Below are positions 48,996 to 62,674 of a stretch of DNA of 64,000 nucleotides, piece by piece (position 1 is the first letter of the stretch; each line of letters starts with the position of its first letter). Below the pieces are notes generated by a model, which was given only the letters and a program-made list of their open reading frames with translations, did no database searches and had not been told where the DNA came from. The DNA is from Salpingoeca rosetta (lineage: Eukaryota; Protista; Choanoflagellata), in contig JAWQFM010000009.1 in assembly GCA_033442325.1 (NCBI GenBank), positions 79,057-143,056 on the forward strand. The letters run 5' to 3'. The translations under genes and the position numbers were made by a program.

Positions 48996-50880
48996 GTATG
49001 CTCCGTGTGGATCGAGAAGCCAGCGTCATCATGCGTGGGCGGTGAACACGATGCATGAGACCGAGAGCAGCTCTCCACAGCTTGAGTGCGCATGAAAGAC
49101 AGTGGCTGGTACATGCAAAGCAGCACAAGCAGCAACAACAACATGCAGGCAGTCGCACAGAAACAGATACAGCGGCAGCCAGGTTGTGCGAAGGCCAATG
49201 AGCCAACGCTCAGCGATAGCCTGTCAACAGACACACACACACATGCACGCATATGCGTGTGCGCATACCACGGATGTGCACGAACCCGACCGCCATCGCA
49301 GCGAAGGACCATCGGCTCTGGCGTTTTGGTGGCTGTTGTGTGGCTGCCAGCACCATCACTACCACCTGCATCAGCATGTGCAGCAACCGCAACAGCCGAG
49401 CGAGACAGCAAACTGTAGCAAGCCACATGGGAGCCAAGCAACTGCACATGCACTCTCAATCGTGCATGTGTGTGTATGGGATCACTGTCCTTGAGCTTGT
49501 CACGCATGACTGCTCACCCTGGCCACCCCCTGCTCCCTTGTTTCTGCCCTATTCCTATTGCACGCGTGTGTGTGTGTGATGCCCAATTTGCAGCAACACG
49601 AGCGTGCCTACCAGAAGCAGCGTCTCATCTTTGAGAACAAGAAGCGCATCGGTGCTGCCAAGGTCAAGTCTTCTGAGCTCCGCTTCGTCAAGAACGTCGG
49701 TCTCGGTTTCAAGACCCCCCGTGAGGTACGCTTCGCCACTGCATTCGAGAGTCAAGAGGCCGCCGATGAGAGCGTGTGGTCTTCGCTTGCGTATCTTGCA
49801 GTCTTGTTTCTGGGAACAAGTTGCCGTGTGCCGTACCGTGTCTGCGCGCGTGCGTGTGCGCACCAGCGATACATGGCACCATCGGTACTTCCTTGCAACG
49901 CCACTGCTGCCGCTGCTGCTGCTCCATGTTTGCTTCTCAGCGCTCACCACTCGTTCTCCTCGCCCTCTCTGCTGCTGCTTGCTTGTTTAGGCCCGCGAGC
50001 TCGAGTACATTGACCGCAAGTGCCCCTTCACCGGCGATGTCAGCATCCGCGGTCGTGTCCTGAACGGTGTTGTCAAGACCCTGAAGATGCAGAGGTGCGT
50101 TTGTGTCGCTTGCTGCGTTTGGCGGTTGCGCTGTACCACTTTTTGAAAGACACATAATTGTGTGGTGTTGTGCTGGGTCGTGTGCGTTTTCTCTTTGGTG
50201 TGCCACCGCTGCCGATGCGCTGTCCTTGGCTTCGTGTTTGACACACACGCACGCACACGCACACGCACACACACACACTCTCTCTCTCTTTCTCTCTCTG
50301 CTTCCTCCCCTCTGTTTTCTCCCTTTGGCCCCCGCAACTCATCATGCGCGGTGCTTGACGATCTTGCCAAATGTTACAGGACTTGCGTCGTCCGCAGGGA
50401 CTACCTCCACTTCATCCCCAAGTACCGCCGTTTCGAGAAGCGCCACAAGAACCTGTCTGTTCACGTGTCCCCCGCTTTCCGTGATATCGCCGTCGGCGAT
50501 GCCGTCACAATTGGCCAGTGCCGTCCTCTCTCTAAGGTATGGTGTGAATGCCTGTGAACGGTGTATGTGTCAATGATTTGAGTCGACTACTATGTGGTTG
50601 TGACATGTTCGATGGAAGAGGCGAAGTCATGTGTCGCGGGATGATGGATGCCCTTGTTCTTCTGTATGGTTTGTGTCGCCGAACACTCACACACACACAT
50701 ACACACACACACACATACACACACACACACACACACTTCTCTCTCTCTCTCCCACTATGGATGCTGCAACTTCTTCGTTGTTGCCTTGTTTTGTGTTCTG
50801 GATATGTGTAGACCGTGCGCTTCAACGTGCTCCGCGTGCACAAGGCCAAGGGTGCCAAGAAGCAGTTCTCCAAGTTCTGA
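48850..50880 (+). CDS. RPS11: 40S ribosomal protein S11 (uS17), 5 exons
   Basis: [44 protein letters not shown]/..[44 protein letters not shown]. Confidence 0.98.
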
Positions 50881-51139
50881 GCTTCTAACTGAATAAACCC
50901 CCCTTTGTCGCGCAGCTGTTTGTTGATGATGATGGTCCCTGTTGGTGTTGCCGCTGTTCCCGCCAATATCACACAACAATGAACCGTTGATGTGGAACTG
51001 ACGCACTGGCATTGCGAGAGGGTGCGCGAGGGACAAGAGAGCCGAGCGTACTTGTGTCTGATGCAGAAGTCTCACTTTCGCGCACGCTGACAAAACACAA
51101 ACAACCTCAGACAAGAAGAAGGAAAGACCACGTGCGCGG

Positions 51140-51479
51140 ATGATGAGCTCGTCTTCGTCGTCGTGGTTGGAGCATATCAGTGCCACCAACGTGGCGCTGA
51201 GTGTTGTGATTGGCTATCTTGTGTACAAGGTGTTTGGCTTTGACAAGCGGGCCGAACAGAGGAAGGAGCAGGACCGCAAGAAGCGGGAGGAGGCCCTGGG
51301 ACACGACAGGGTGTTCACACTGAAAGAGCTGCGCGCTTACGATGGCACAAAGCCAAGCAAGGAGCATGGCGGCGAGAAGCCCATCTACATTGCCGTGGAC
51401 GGTGTCGTCTTCGACATGACTTCTGGCGCAGACTTCTACGGACCAGGTGAGTGCAACAAGAGTTGGAGGCTATACGCGT

Positions 51480-51568
<89 letters not shown>

Positions 51569-51859
51569 TATGTGTGTTTATGTGTCTGTGCCTGTGCCTG
51601 TGTCTGTGTGTGTCTGTGTGTCTGTGTGTCTGTGTGTCTGTGTCTGTGTCTGTGTCTGTGTGTGTTTATGTGTGCCTGTGTGTTTGTGTGCCTGTGTATC
51701 TGTCTGTATGGTGCATGCTTCTGCTCTTCCTCATAACGCATGTTGTTGTGCGTTGCTTCTACGCACTCCTCAGGTGGACCATATGCCGGGTTTGCTGGCC
51801 ACGATGCCACCCGTGGAATGGCCACGATGGCGGTTGGACTGGTACGTACGTACGTATGT

Positions 51860-51893
<34 letters not shown>

Positions 51894-51918
51894 TGTGTGT
51901 GTTGTGTGTGTGTGTGTG

Positions 51919-51966
<48 letters not shown>

Positions 51967-52229
51967 ATCTGTCTGCCTTTCTGTCTGCCTTTCTGTCTGT
52001 CTGTCTGTGTGCCTTTCTGTCTGCCTTTCTGTCTGTCTGTCTGTGCATCAACTCGTTCTCATTGTGCACTCCCCTCACCACCACCACCACCCCTCAACCA
52101 CACATCACGCTCCTTCTTTAGGTTTCTGAAGAGTGGGATGACACGTCGGATCTGGACGAGCATGAGCGCCAGACCATGCTCGAGTGGAAAGAGAAGTTTC
52201 TCAGCAAGTACCCAGTGCGGTACGTCAAC

Positions 52230-52270
<41 letters not shown>

Positions 52271-52489
52271 TGTGTCTGTGTCTGTGTCTGTGTCTGTGTC
52301 TGTGTGTGTGTGTGTCTGTGTCTGTGCCTGTCTGTCTATCTATCTGTCTGTCTGTCTATCTGTTTGTCTGACTTTGCGTGCATGCGTGCTTTGCCTTATT
52401 ACCTCTGCTCCGTCTTCTCAACCGTCCTCAACTCACTCTTCACGCCATCTCCCCTGCAAATCAGAGGGACCCTCGTCAAGAGCAAGTAG
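51140..52489 (+). CDS. Membrane-associated progesterone receptor family (PGRMC/Dap1-like) cytochrome b5-like heme-binding protein
   Basis: N-terminal TM, FTLKELRAYDG, IYIAVDGVVFDMTSGADFYGP/GGPYAGFAGHDATRGMA, DDTSDL..LEWKEKFLSKYPV/RGTL. Confidence 0.92.
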
Positions 52490-52504
52490 CCGCGTCACAA
52501 GACC

Positions 52505-52587
<83 letters not shown>

Positions 52588-53108
52588 GCGCTTTCGTTCG
52601 TTTGCCTGCACCTTGTCTACTGTTGGGAACGCTGCGTACTGCCAAACAACAGACGCACGTCCACACGACCACTACAAATAAGAAGCAAGCCAAGCACAAA
52701 CACGGGTCTGTCAAAGCGAAGGAGTGGTGACGATGACGTGATATCAACAAAGGCAAGCAAAGTCTAACAAATGTTGTGTAGTGTAAGTGCACACGACACA
52801 AAGAACACACACACACACACACGAACAGAGCTGCGCACATCACTTCTTGTGCACCTAGGAACACTCAACCGAAACAACCAACCAACCAACCAATCAATCA
52901 CACAAAGCCAGCCAGTCGTCGTGCCGCGCATGCAGCACATATACAATCATCGCGCCATAGCAGGAAGCAGGAAAGCCAGAAGAAACGACGAGTCAAAGAA
53001 GCGGGAAAGCAGCCGGGGCAATGACATGTCATGTAACAACAAAAGGAAAGGAGGGAGAGAAAAGAAGACGTCAAGTGAAGGAAGACAACCACAACCCATA
53101 CAAGATGA

Positions 53109-53296
53109 TCAAGTGCGTGCTTGTGTCCTCTTGTTCAGCGGAGATGCGCTCTGCACAGTGAATGAAGAAAACGGTAGGCACACAACAGCAGAGCATGAGA
53201 TATTGGTCACGTGCTCGTATCATGCGAATACACAGACAAACAGCCGCTTCAACCCACAAACACCTCATTTCAACATACTCTCAACAACAACAACAA

Positions 53297-53331
<35 letters not shown>

Positions 53332-56300
53332 ACAACAACAACAACACAAGCGCTGCAACGCAGCCTCGCAAACACATATCACGCCAGTTTCAAACAAAAC
53401 CAACAACCATACTTACGATGGAGATGCGAAAGTCCTCAATCTTCTTAAAGGGTGCAATAATTTCCTTGAGCTCCGGGCGCAGCTGGCCAGGGTAGCGGTG
53501 GTCTTTGCTGTAGTGCAGAAGCGCCCACAGCTTCTCAAGCCCGTACAAGTGGCCCTCGTTGTGTTCCCACAGCACCATGTCCTGGAACTCCTGATACAGG
53601 TCAAACCGGTACCGCTTCTCCAGGCCGTAGCTGTAAAACCGGAACAGGCACTCCATACCGTACCTGACGTGGTGCACAGCAATCAGCGACACACACACAT
53701 CATGCAAAGTGTATGAGCATGTGGCTGAAATAACTCGCAAAGAGGTGTTCAAACGACGGAACAATGTAAACGAACACGACACGATGAAACATAACTCAAT
53801 GCAACAGCATGACGCAATATCAACCACCCCCTCTTCTACACGCACGCACACAGCACATTGAACGCACCGAGAGCCAGCCTTGTGATCCTCCATGGCGAGC
53901 TTCTTGAACTCGGTGTACATGTTCTTGTTGAAGTGCTCGCGCAGGAAGAAGGACCAGAACCGGAAGAGGTTGCGCATCTCCTGTGACCTTGCCGGGCCAA
54001 GGCGCTTGCGAGCTCGCAGCGCCTGTGCATGGTACTTGCTGTACACGTGTCGCTGCGTCGCGTCCTCACCGTTGATGTAGCGGCTAACGTCACGGCGCTG
54101 GGGCTTAGTATTCTGCTGCGTGCGAGAAGGGAAAGACAAGCCGTGAGTGGGCAAGAGAGAGAGAGAGAGAGAAAATAAACACATGCACGCGCACAACCGA
54201 TGGAGCGTTGTGACATGCGACACCGTGCAACGCAGTCAGCAAAATCACGAAACGATTATGGCGCTCACAAAAAAAAAAACAAGCGAGCAAATGGAACGCA
54301 GAGAAGCAGGGGCTGTGTTACGTACCGCGCTGCGGACATCTTCCACCGAGCCCTGTGGCTGGTATGGCTCCGCATCGGGGTTCATGACCCAGCCAATCGA
54401 GTCCTCATGCTCTGGGCGGGTGCTGTACTTTGACTTGTAGGACTTGCCCTTCTTGAGCGGCGATGGCTGCAGTGCGAGCGAAAAGAAGGGAAAAAAGAAA
54501 ACAACAAACACAACGAGATGATCACGGAAAGATCAGCAACCAGCATGCAAAATTCATACATCACACAACAAGCACACACACACACACAATCCACACGCTT
54601 CACGTACAAACACAAGAAGTCATGCAGCAACCAACCTCTGGTGTGGTCTTGGCTGGGAAGAAGCGGCCGCCCTGGCGCATCTCATTTGGTGTGAGTGGAA
54701 GCGGTGCAAGCGCAGTGTCGGCGCGCGGCGAGCCAACACTGCTGGCACGAATGCGATCGGACGACACAACGTCGGACACGGCCATGTGCTCCGGCGCCTC
54801 GCGCACAGACCCACTGCGCGGCTTGGAAATCTCCTCCAATGCCTCGGGCTGTTGGTGATGTTGGGTTGGGGGGGGGGCATGGAAGGAAAGAGGGAAATCA
54901 CGAGCAGAGATCGGGGGAACGGAAAAGCAGCAAGCAGGCGATTAACGACAAAACCATCATGAATGCTGAACACTGCACGGCAGCAACAACAGGTCTGGTA
55001 CCGAACACAAGGCTCGCTCCATACAAGCACAGTGTTGAAGACAGATAAACCATGGAGCACAAACGCATCACATCATATCATGCAGTGATTTCAGGCGCAG
55101 TGATTTGCAATCACAGTTTCATTCAATTCTTCTCCCTTACCCGAATCACAGTCTTGGAACCCAGGTGGGCACGGCGTGTTGCTTCGTACCTATCAAAGTA
55201 CTCACGGTCAGCCTGTGAGCCACAAGGGCGGAAGGCAGCACAGGAGCATGTCGGATGCCATGCGTTCAGGTGGTAGGTGCGGGTCAGTCGTATGGGAACC
55301 ACCGAAGCTCAGCAACACGCAAGCGGCAACGTGTAAAACAAAGGGAAGCAGACCAAATACGCAAGAAGAAACATGGAGGAAAGGTTCTCGGACCAAAAAC
55401 AACAGAAAAGAGGAGGCGGTCAGTTCGTGTACAACAGCGACAGAGAGCTGCCCACGGCTTGGCCAATGCCCGCTTGTGCCATCAGAACGCGGCAAAGAAG
55501 CACGCGAACCACGACACAAAAGTAAAACTGCAGATCGGGTGCTGATTGCATCATCAGCAAGACGCTCAACAGTGCCTTTCATGACCAACAGCGGTCGCAT
55601 TTGCAGCATGAAGAGCAAGGGAGGAAGACCTCCACAAGCACACACGCACAGCAAAGACCACACACTGCAGGCATCAAAGGACACTGCACACAAGCGCATG
55701 CGATGCCGCAAGGCAACACAAGAAATGCACTTCACCAGGCAACGGCCAGAGTGCCGAGGGTGCTGTGTTGGCCAAAGGAGAGCACGAGCGACAACTCTGT
55801 CTCAGCAAGGAAAACCCTTGCCAAGACTGGCCGCATTGGCTCAGGCGGCCAACACAGCGCACTCTTCAGAGAATGGATAAACTAGTCTCCATCATTCCGC
55901 CAAACAAGAATGAAGGGGGAACAGACGCAAACATCAAAGTCGCGTGGATTGTCCACAGAAGGAGAAAGAAAGAGAGAGACCCATTGAAACGATGGACGTG
56001 CAGACAATCAGGGGGGAGAAGAGTGGCAGGAGAGAAAGAACTCAAGGAAGGACGGCGAGCACAAAAACAACTGTTTTGCTCAGTGGTTGTCTCAGAGCAG
56101 TGAAAGGCACAGAAGCACGGCAGACTTATGTACACTTATACACACACACGGCACGTACCTCATACTCCTCAAAGTCAGCCATGATTTCGCGACGGAGGCC
56201 AGCCCGCTTTGTTGCGCGCTTCACGCTCACGCCGGTGCGATCCTTGCCCTCATGCTTCAGGCGCCTCGGTTTCGACGGCTGTGGAGGTGTAGATGTGGGT

Positions 56301-56976
56301 GCGTTTGTGACAAGCGGTGAAGGTGGTGTGAAACGTGAGTTGGTAGGAAACCACATACATGGTCAAGTTGGTGCGGGTGCTTCATGTGCGTGGATGTTGT
56401 GTTGACCGCACTTGTCACGTGCGGCGGGCGTGCACCCAAAGTACAACAAGAGCTCCCAAGAAATACATGGCACGCCCAACAAGAGCAGGTAATCAGGCAC
56501 AACCCGCACCCGTCGTAGCCCATCGTCAACTCACCGTGGAGATGATGATGGTCAAGCTCTGCAGGTCTTCGTCCTTGAAGTCATCGGAAAGGCTGAGCGC
56601 GGAAACACAGCAAAACAAGAAAACATGTCAGAAGCGTGTCGCAGGAGCAAAACGAAGGCTGACATCACAAAACATGATTAAATTCAACAAAACCAAAACC
56701 AGACCATCAATGAATACAGCACACACACACGCGCGGGGTCGCGCATTCACACACAGCGATCGCTCTCCACATCACCATCACCATCACCGACAGCATCCAT
56801 ACGTACTCTTCCTTGCTGAAGGCAATCTGTTTGGGCCGCTGCGATCCAGGTTTTTGCAGCAGCAGTTGCTCTGTCACCGAGTCTGGCGCCAAAGCATTGT
56901 CCGAAGGCTCCCTAGGTACAGCGGTGTCCTCATTGTCAGGGGTGGCCGGTGCATTGTCTTGCGGCTTCTCTTGCTC

Positions 56977-57019
<43 letters not shown>

Positions 57020-60000
57020 TCTGCTGGTGATGCTGAGCTTGGCTCCGCCTTCTTCGCCTTGCTCTTCCGCTTCTTCTTCTTCGTCTTCTGCAACAGAGTA
57101 AGCGTCAAAACAAAACAACCGGTGAGCTCCGTGTGATGGAAAAATGCAACCAAGAGTATAAGGCAGGTAGCCGCGCTTGAAGCACAGCAACCCCACAGCC
57201 TGTCTCCCCCAATTAAAACCATTGACCGAGTGTCGGTTTCAGGTTTTAATTAGAAGTACAAGACGAAAGCAACACAACTTCTCCACAACAACAACATCAA
57301 CATCAACGAAAACAACAACAACAACAACAAGAAGACAACTGCGACACACGCACTCCTCCTGACAAACAGCTGTACGCATATGACGATGCAACTCGTGACA
57401 AAGCACGGAGAACCGTGCGATGCAATCACAAATCGATCATGCGACAGAAGCTGACAGAGAAAGGGGCGCGAACGCATCCGACTAAGAAACGAAACACGGG
57501 AATGACAACACCACATCAACAGGACGCTCTAGGAATGTGAAACGGCTGAAAGGGGGAGAGAAATAGAGAAGAGGGGGAGAGAGGAGGAAGGGGGGCTTGG
57601 TTGGCTGGTTGGTTGAGAGGTTGGTTGGATGGTGAGAAGGGCACGGAGGGAGGAAGGGATGAAGATATAGAGACTTGGGGGGGGGCAGGCAAAGAGGAGG
57701 AAATTTCACGGACAGGTCGGGAAGAAGGGATGTGCTTGGGCACAGCGGCATTGGATGACCCGTTGCCCCATGAACAATGAGAGCCATGGGGCGGACCCAA
57801 GCGCAAGGAAAAACTAAACAGAAACCTCACGCGGTGTGAGAAGTGCGAAAGAAGAAGCGACCGATTATCCCAAGCACGAGCTTGGTGCAAGAAATGAAAA
57901 GAGGGGGGAAAACGCCGCAATACCAAAGTGGCCACCACGGTTGCTGAGAGCGCAAAACAGGATGTGCTGCAAAACGCACAGAGCCGCTGCGATTGGCGAC
58001 AACAACGACGTCAAAGCAGGCAGAGCTCACAATACGCTGTACTATGTGGCGTCATTGATACGAATTGGGGCTCGGCTAGACGAGAGGGATGAGAAACTAG
58101 GCCGGCCGGAAAAGAGGGGAAGAGGGCGTGTGTTGCGCGTTTGAGCCATGGGATCGCTGGTGACGTGCGGTGGACAACGCGAAGCGGGCGACAGCTTCAT
58201 TGTGGCACGGCGGTTTGAAAGGGAAGAGGTGCATGGACAGGAAAACAATGCCATACACACGACAAAAGCGCAATCTGTAAAATGGGGATCAACCCATCCC
58301 AACGGCGACTGACCCAGCGTTCAAACAACCACAAAAGAAGTGCAGAACAACACGCGCGAGCCAACAGCAGAAACAAGAAAAGAAACCAAAAGAATGCGAG
58401 CTAGTTTCAGTAGCGGGTGATGGAAGGGATAGATGACAACACCAAGCACGCTTTGAACAAGGGAAAGCACCCAACTTGATCGCCTCCGCACAGCTTCAAG
58501 GCATCCCAATCAACTCACAGCAAGCGAAGTGACCAGGCTCCAAGGTGAAGGCTTCCAACCGTGCCAAAACAAGCAAACAAAAAAAAAGCCAACCGAGGGA
58601 AGTGAGAAAAGAAGGGAAAGGGGTAGGGGGAAAGAGCAACGCTGGATGTTGGAACGACGGGACAGCACGCGTCCCCTCTACCAGTATGTACGTGCTCGAG
58701 AAAAGGGGCAAGGGGTGCGAGAAAGGGCGAAACAAGGCATGAAGAACCAAAGCAACAAAGCGGATAAAGAAACGTGACACACGATCACTATCAGTCACAA
58801 CACAGCCACAACAAGCCAACGCAACATGCAGGGCGAGAGACGCCATTGTGACGAATACAAGAGAGACAGTCATGTCAGGGGGAGGCGTGGACGGAGACGG
58901 AAACGGTCGAGCGAGTGGGAAGATGGGGTGGAGGTAGGAATGAGCGCAAAACAGAGATGGTAAATGAAAACTGCACGGATCACGAATGCCGAGATGATGC
59001 TGATGCTGTTAGGCTGCGTTCCGATGGCTCCAGATCACATGGCTGGTGTAGGCTCGGGAAGCAACACACGCCCCTAAAACAGAAGGAAAAACAAACACAC
59101 GGAAAAGAGAAAACAACAAGAGGAACAAGATGTGGTCATGCACAAGGTATGACAACTATGGTTTGTGGAGGGAAACAAGACAAGGCCAGGAACAGAAACA
59201 ACTGGACTACAATGCCACCCAAAGTACACAAGCGTTGAGAACTAAATCAATGCAGCCTGCTTGGTGACGGAGCGCAAGAGCTCGCTTCAAAGCAACGGCT
59301 TACAGTTGGTTGTCTCACGGCACACAAGAAAGAAATGCAGACAATGTGCATTGAAAAAGGTTGGGGAACAAGGGAGCGTTCTCCAGCCAAGTCCTTCCAA
59401 CCGGTGAAAAACGTTCTCAAACACCCGAAAAATACAGGCCTGTCCGGCCAACCAAACCAACTGACGAACCCGAGTCAAAACCAAACACAGACAGGAGCCA
59501 GTGCACCTCTTCTACACGGACACGAGTGAGGAAGGAGATGGGGCTGAAAAGCGTGTGAGTGTGGCGCTCACCTCCTGCTGTGTGTCGTGAGGCGGTGTCT
59601 GATCGCCGGCGAAAAAAGGCTGTGGCATCAAACCAACGGTGGGCTCTGAACACAGGTGCAAGTCGGGGCGGGGCGTGGGCACGCGGAAATCAAACATGAG
59701 TGATACATAACGCAGTTCAGGCACAACACGCGCAGGCACGAACACAAGAAACCGCAAACACATTGAAGCTTTGTGCATGTGTTTGTTTCGACAAGGAAAC
59801 ACACATGAGGTCATGCATATTGCGGAACAGACAACTCACTGCTGCTTGGATAGAATTCTGGGGCGTTGACAGCCTTCTTCAGGATCACTTCACTGGGTTC
59901 AAAGGCCCTGCGGCGAATGCCCAAGGAGTCGCCACGCATGACAGTCTCAAGCATGGGGCTCCTGTTGTGGTTGCGCAAACGCGTATGGCAAGAATGCGTG

Positions 60001-62674
60001 TCAATGTGCGCGAGAAGCATTCATTGAAGGACAATCAAGACTGCAGCTGCTTGCTCAAACTCAACGCGGCATACACGAACAAACAACCAACCAACCAACC
60101 AACCAAACAAACAAACAAACAAACAACCAACCAACCAACCAACCAACCAAACAAACGTGCGTTGTACACTCACTGCATGAGGCTGTCGCGCGCGATTGCG
60201 AGGCGGGCCTGCTGGCCCGTGATCCCGTACATGTGCAGGTACTTCTGCACGCGCGGGAACTCGAGAAGAACCGTTGCAGGAACCACGCCGTCGGCATCCA
60301 TGTGCTGTCGGAGGAAGTTGTCAGTGGCAAGGTTCTTGTCTGACATGTAGTACTCAAGCTGGCTGCGCACAATGGTCATTGGGTCCGGGAACCCGTCTGC
60401 AAATAGACGTGAAATCATCAGGGGCGTTGGGGGGGGTGTAGAACAATGCGTGGAAGAGTAACTGTAAGTGAGTGGCAGACTGGCATTTGTCCGTGTTGGT
60501 CTCACGACACAACAATCTTGACGAATAGCCCATCACTGCATGCACGCAACAAGTGACAACGTGTAAACACAAGGGAGGCGACATAACCAGCGGGTATAAC
60601 ACACACACACCAAAAAAAGAGCAGAACATTGACGTGGAGTGAACGTACAGGTAGGCATAAACTCCTGGTTGGGAATGAACATGGGCGGCACTGCGAAGAG
60701 CAAACAAGGTGAGGTGAACAAGTCAAAGTGGGGTGAGAAACCAAGAGGCACTGTAAATGATGGCGGAATCGCACACTGCGCATGTCGTGCCAGATGCAGA
60801 CAAAGTGATCACACTCGTGTACATGAACATAACACAGGGCGAATGACACAAAGCCAATAACACAAAGATAACGCACTCATCATCTGAGGGTTGAACGGGG
60901 CCATGCCGGCATCCATCTGTGGCTGCCGCTGCTGCTGCTGCTGCTGCTGGGGGAGACCGTGCTTTTGTTGGTTGTGCTGTTGTTGGTGCGGCTGCTGCTG
61001 GTGCTGCTGAGGTTGCTGTTGTTGGTGCTGCTTCTTGCTGTTGTTGCTGCTAGCACCGCTGCCCTGGCGGCGTGGATGCCTGTGGGGCTGACCCTTGCGG
61101 CTTTGCTGGTTGCCACCACGACGGCGACCGCCGTTTGTGTTCTTATCCGCGCTTTGCCTTTGGGCGTCGCGTGTCTTGGGTGTCTGCAGCCCAAGCTCGC
61201 CCTCAAAAGGCTTGAACTTGGCCTTGCTGCGGAAGTTGATCTTGCCGGAGTCCTGTGCAGCGGCATCGGCGGCGCTGCCGGGGCTGCTGGCGGTGGTTGC
61301 GCTGCTGCGTGAAGGGGCGTCGCCAGTGTTTGGCTTGGCAGCCTTGGTCGTCGATGCGGCAGCCTGGCCCTCGCCGGCGGGCTTACCGGCCTTAGCCTCT
61401 GTTGAGTCCGCAGCGACGACGGCGCCGAGTGACGGCCAGGCCGGGTCGTTCTTGTTTGCCGCAGCCTTGGCGGCTGTTGGGGCGGGCTTGGCCCAGCCCT
61501 TGGGGGTGGCCGTGGGCTGCTGGCTGGTGGCCGCCGCAGAGGAGGATGGGTTGGTGATGGCGGCGGCGGAAGCAGCCGATGAGGAACATGTGGATGCCTG
61601 CGCGGCGCTGGCGGAAGAAGACTTGCTGGCGGTGACGTCAATCGGGTCACCCACGCTGCCCAGCGGGTTGTGAACGGGAGCGGCGGCTGTGCTTGAAGCC
61701 GTGGCTGGCGCGGGCAGCTTGACAGCGGTGGAGGAGGACTGCTGGCTGTTGAGGGTGAACGTGGGAGGAACGGTGACACCGGCATCGGCGTCATCAGCCT
61801 CCGTGTCCTGCTCGGGAGACTGGCGTGGGGTCTCCACTTGCTTCACCTTGGGAGCAGGCGGCATGATGACCGCGGCGCTCGAGTCCGTGGCTGCGGTGGC
61901 AGTGGCATTGGCGTCCTTAGCGGTCGCGGTAGTAGCGGCGGCGGCGGCAGCGTCGGCCACCTTGGATTGCACCTGCTTCTGGGAACGCGGGTGCTTGATG
62001 ACCTCTGTGATGGGCTTGCGCCAGGCGCCCATGACGTTGGGCGTCACTGGGGCCTTTTTGGCGGGCTTCTGCTGCTGCTGCTGGCGCTTCTGCTGTGTCT
62101 GCTGCTCGGATCCCTGGGCCGGGTCGGAGGATGTGGAGGACTTGGAAGAGGAGCCTTTGCCCTGGCGGCCACCGCGGTTGCGGCGCCTGTTGCGAGAGGC
62201 TTTGCCACCGGCTGGAGCGGCAGCATCATCACGGCGCACCTCGCCGTCACGGGCACCCTGTGCCTTCTGCCCAGCACCGCGCTCCTTGCGCCAGTTGCGC
62301 TTGCTGGCGGCGGAAGAGGCGGCGGAGGAGGACGTTGCAGACGAGCCTGCACCAGATGTAGAGGGCGCGGGGGGGTCCTTTGCCAGAGCCTGCTTGGTGG
62401 GCTGGGCGCGGCGCTGGCGCTGGGGCTTGGGCTTGGTCTCAATTGCGGTCCATGCGTCGTCCTCGTCCTCCTGTGTGGCGGGGCGGCCCTCGCTCACGGC
62501 GGCGTTGGAGACGGGTGCTGTCGTGGTGTCCTCTGTGGCTTCCACAGCATCAGCCACGTCTGAGCCACCGGTGGTAGTGGCGGCGATGGTGGCGTCCTCT
62601 GCTGTGCGTCGCTCTTGCTGTTCCTGAGCGGCAGCGACTGGCTGCTCGCTTTCCAGGTGGGTCTGAGTGCTCAT
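53109..62674 (-). CDS. LARP1: La-related protein 1 (La motif, PAM2, DM15)
   Basis: Low-complexity first exon with WPSLG; La motif QLEYYMSDKNLATDNFLRQHMDADGVVP..FPRVQ (about 60174-60397); VNAPEFYP; DM15 SQEMRNLFRFWSFFLREHFNKNMYTEFKKLAMED/YGMECLFRFYSYGLEK..LYGLEKLWALLHY. The last exon (53109-53150) is inferred. Confidence 0.93.

Noticed and set aside
48859-50811. Intronic snoRNAs in RPS11
   Set aside because: No convincing C/D box pair with a terminal stem or H/ACA structure by eye; needs snoscan/Infernal.
52506-52591. (CA)n(CG)n potential Z-DNA in the PGRMC-like 3'UTR
   Set aside because: Alternating purine-pyrimidine tracts are ubiquitous here, so it is not distinctive.
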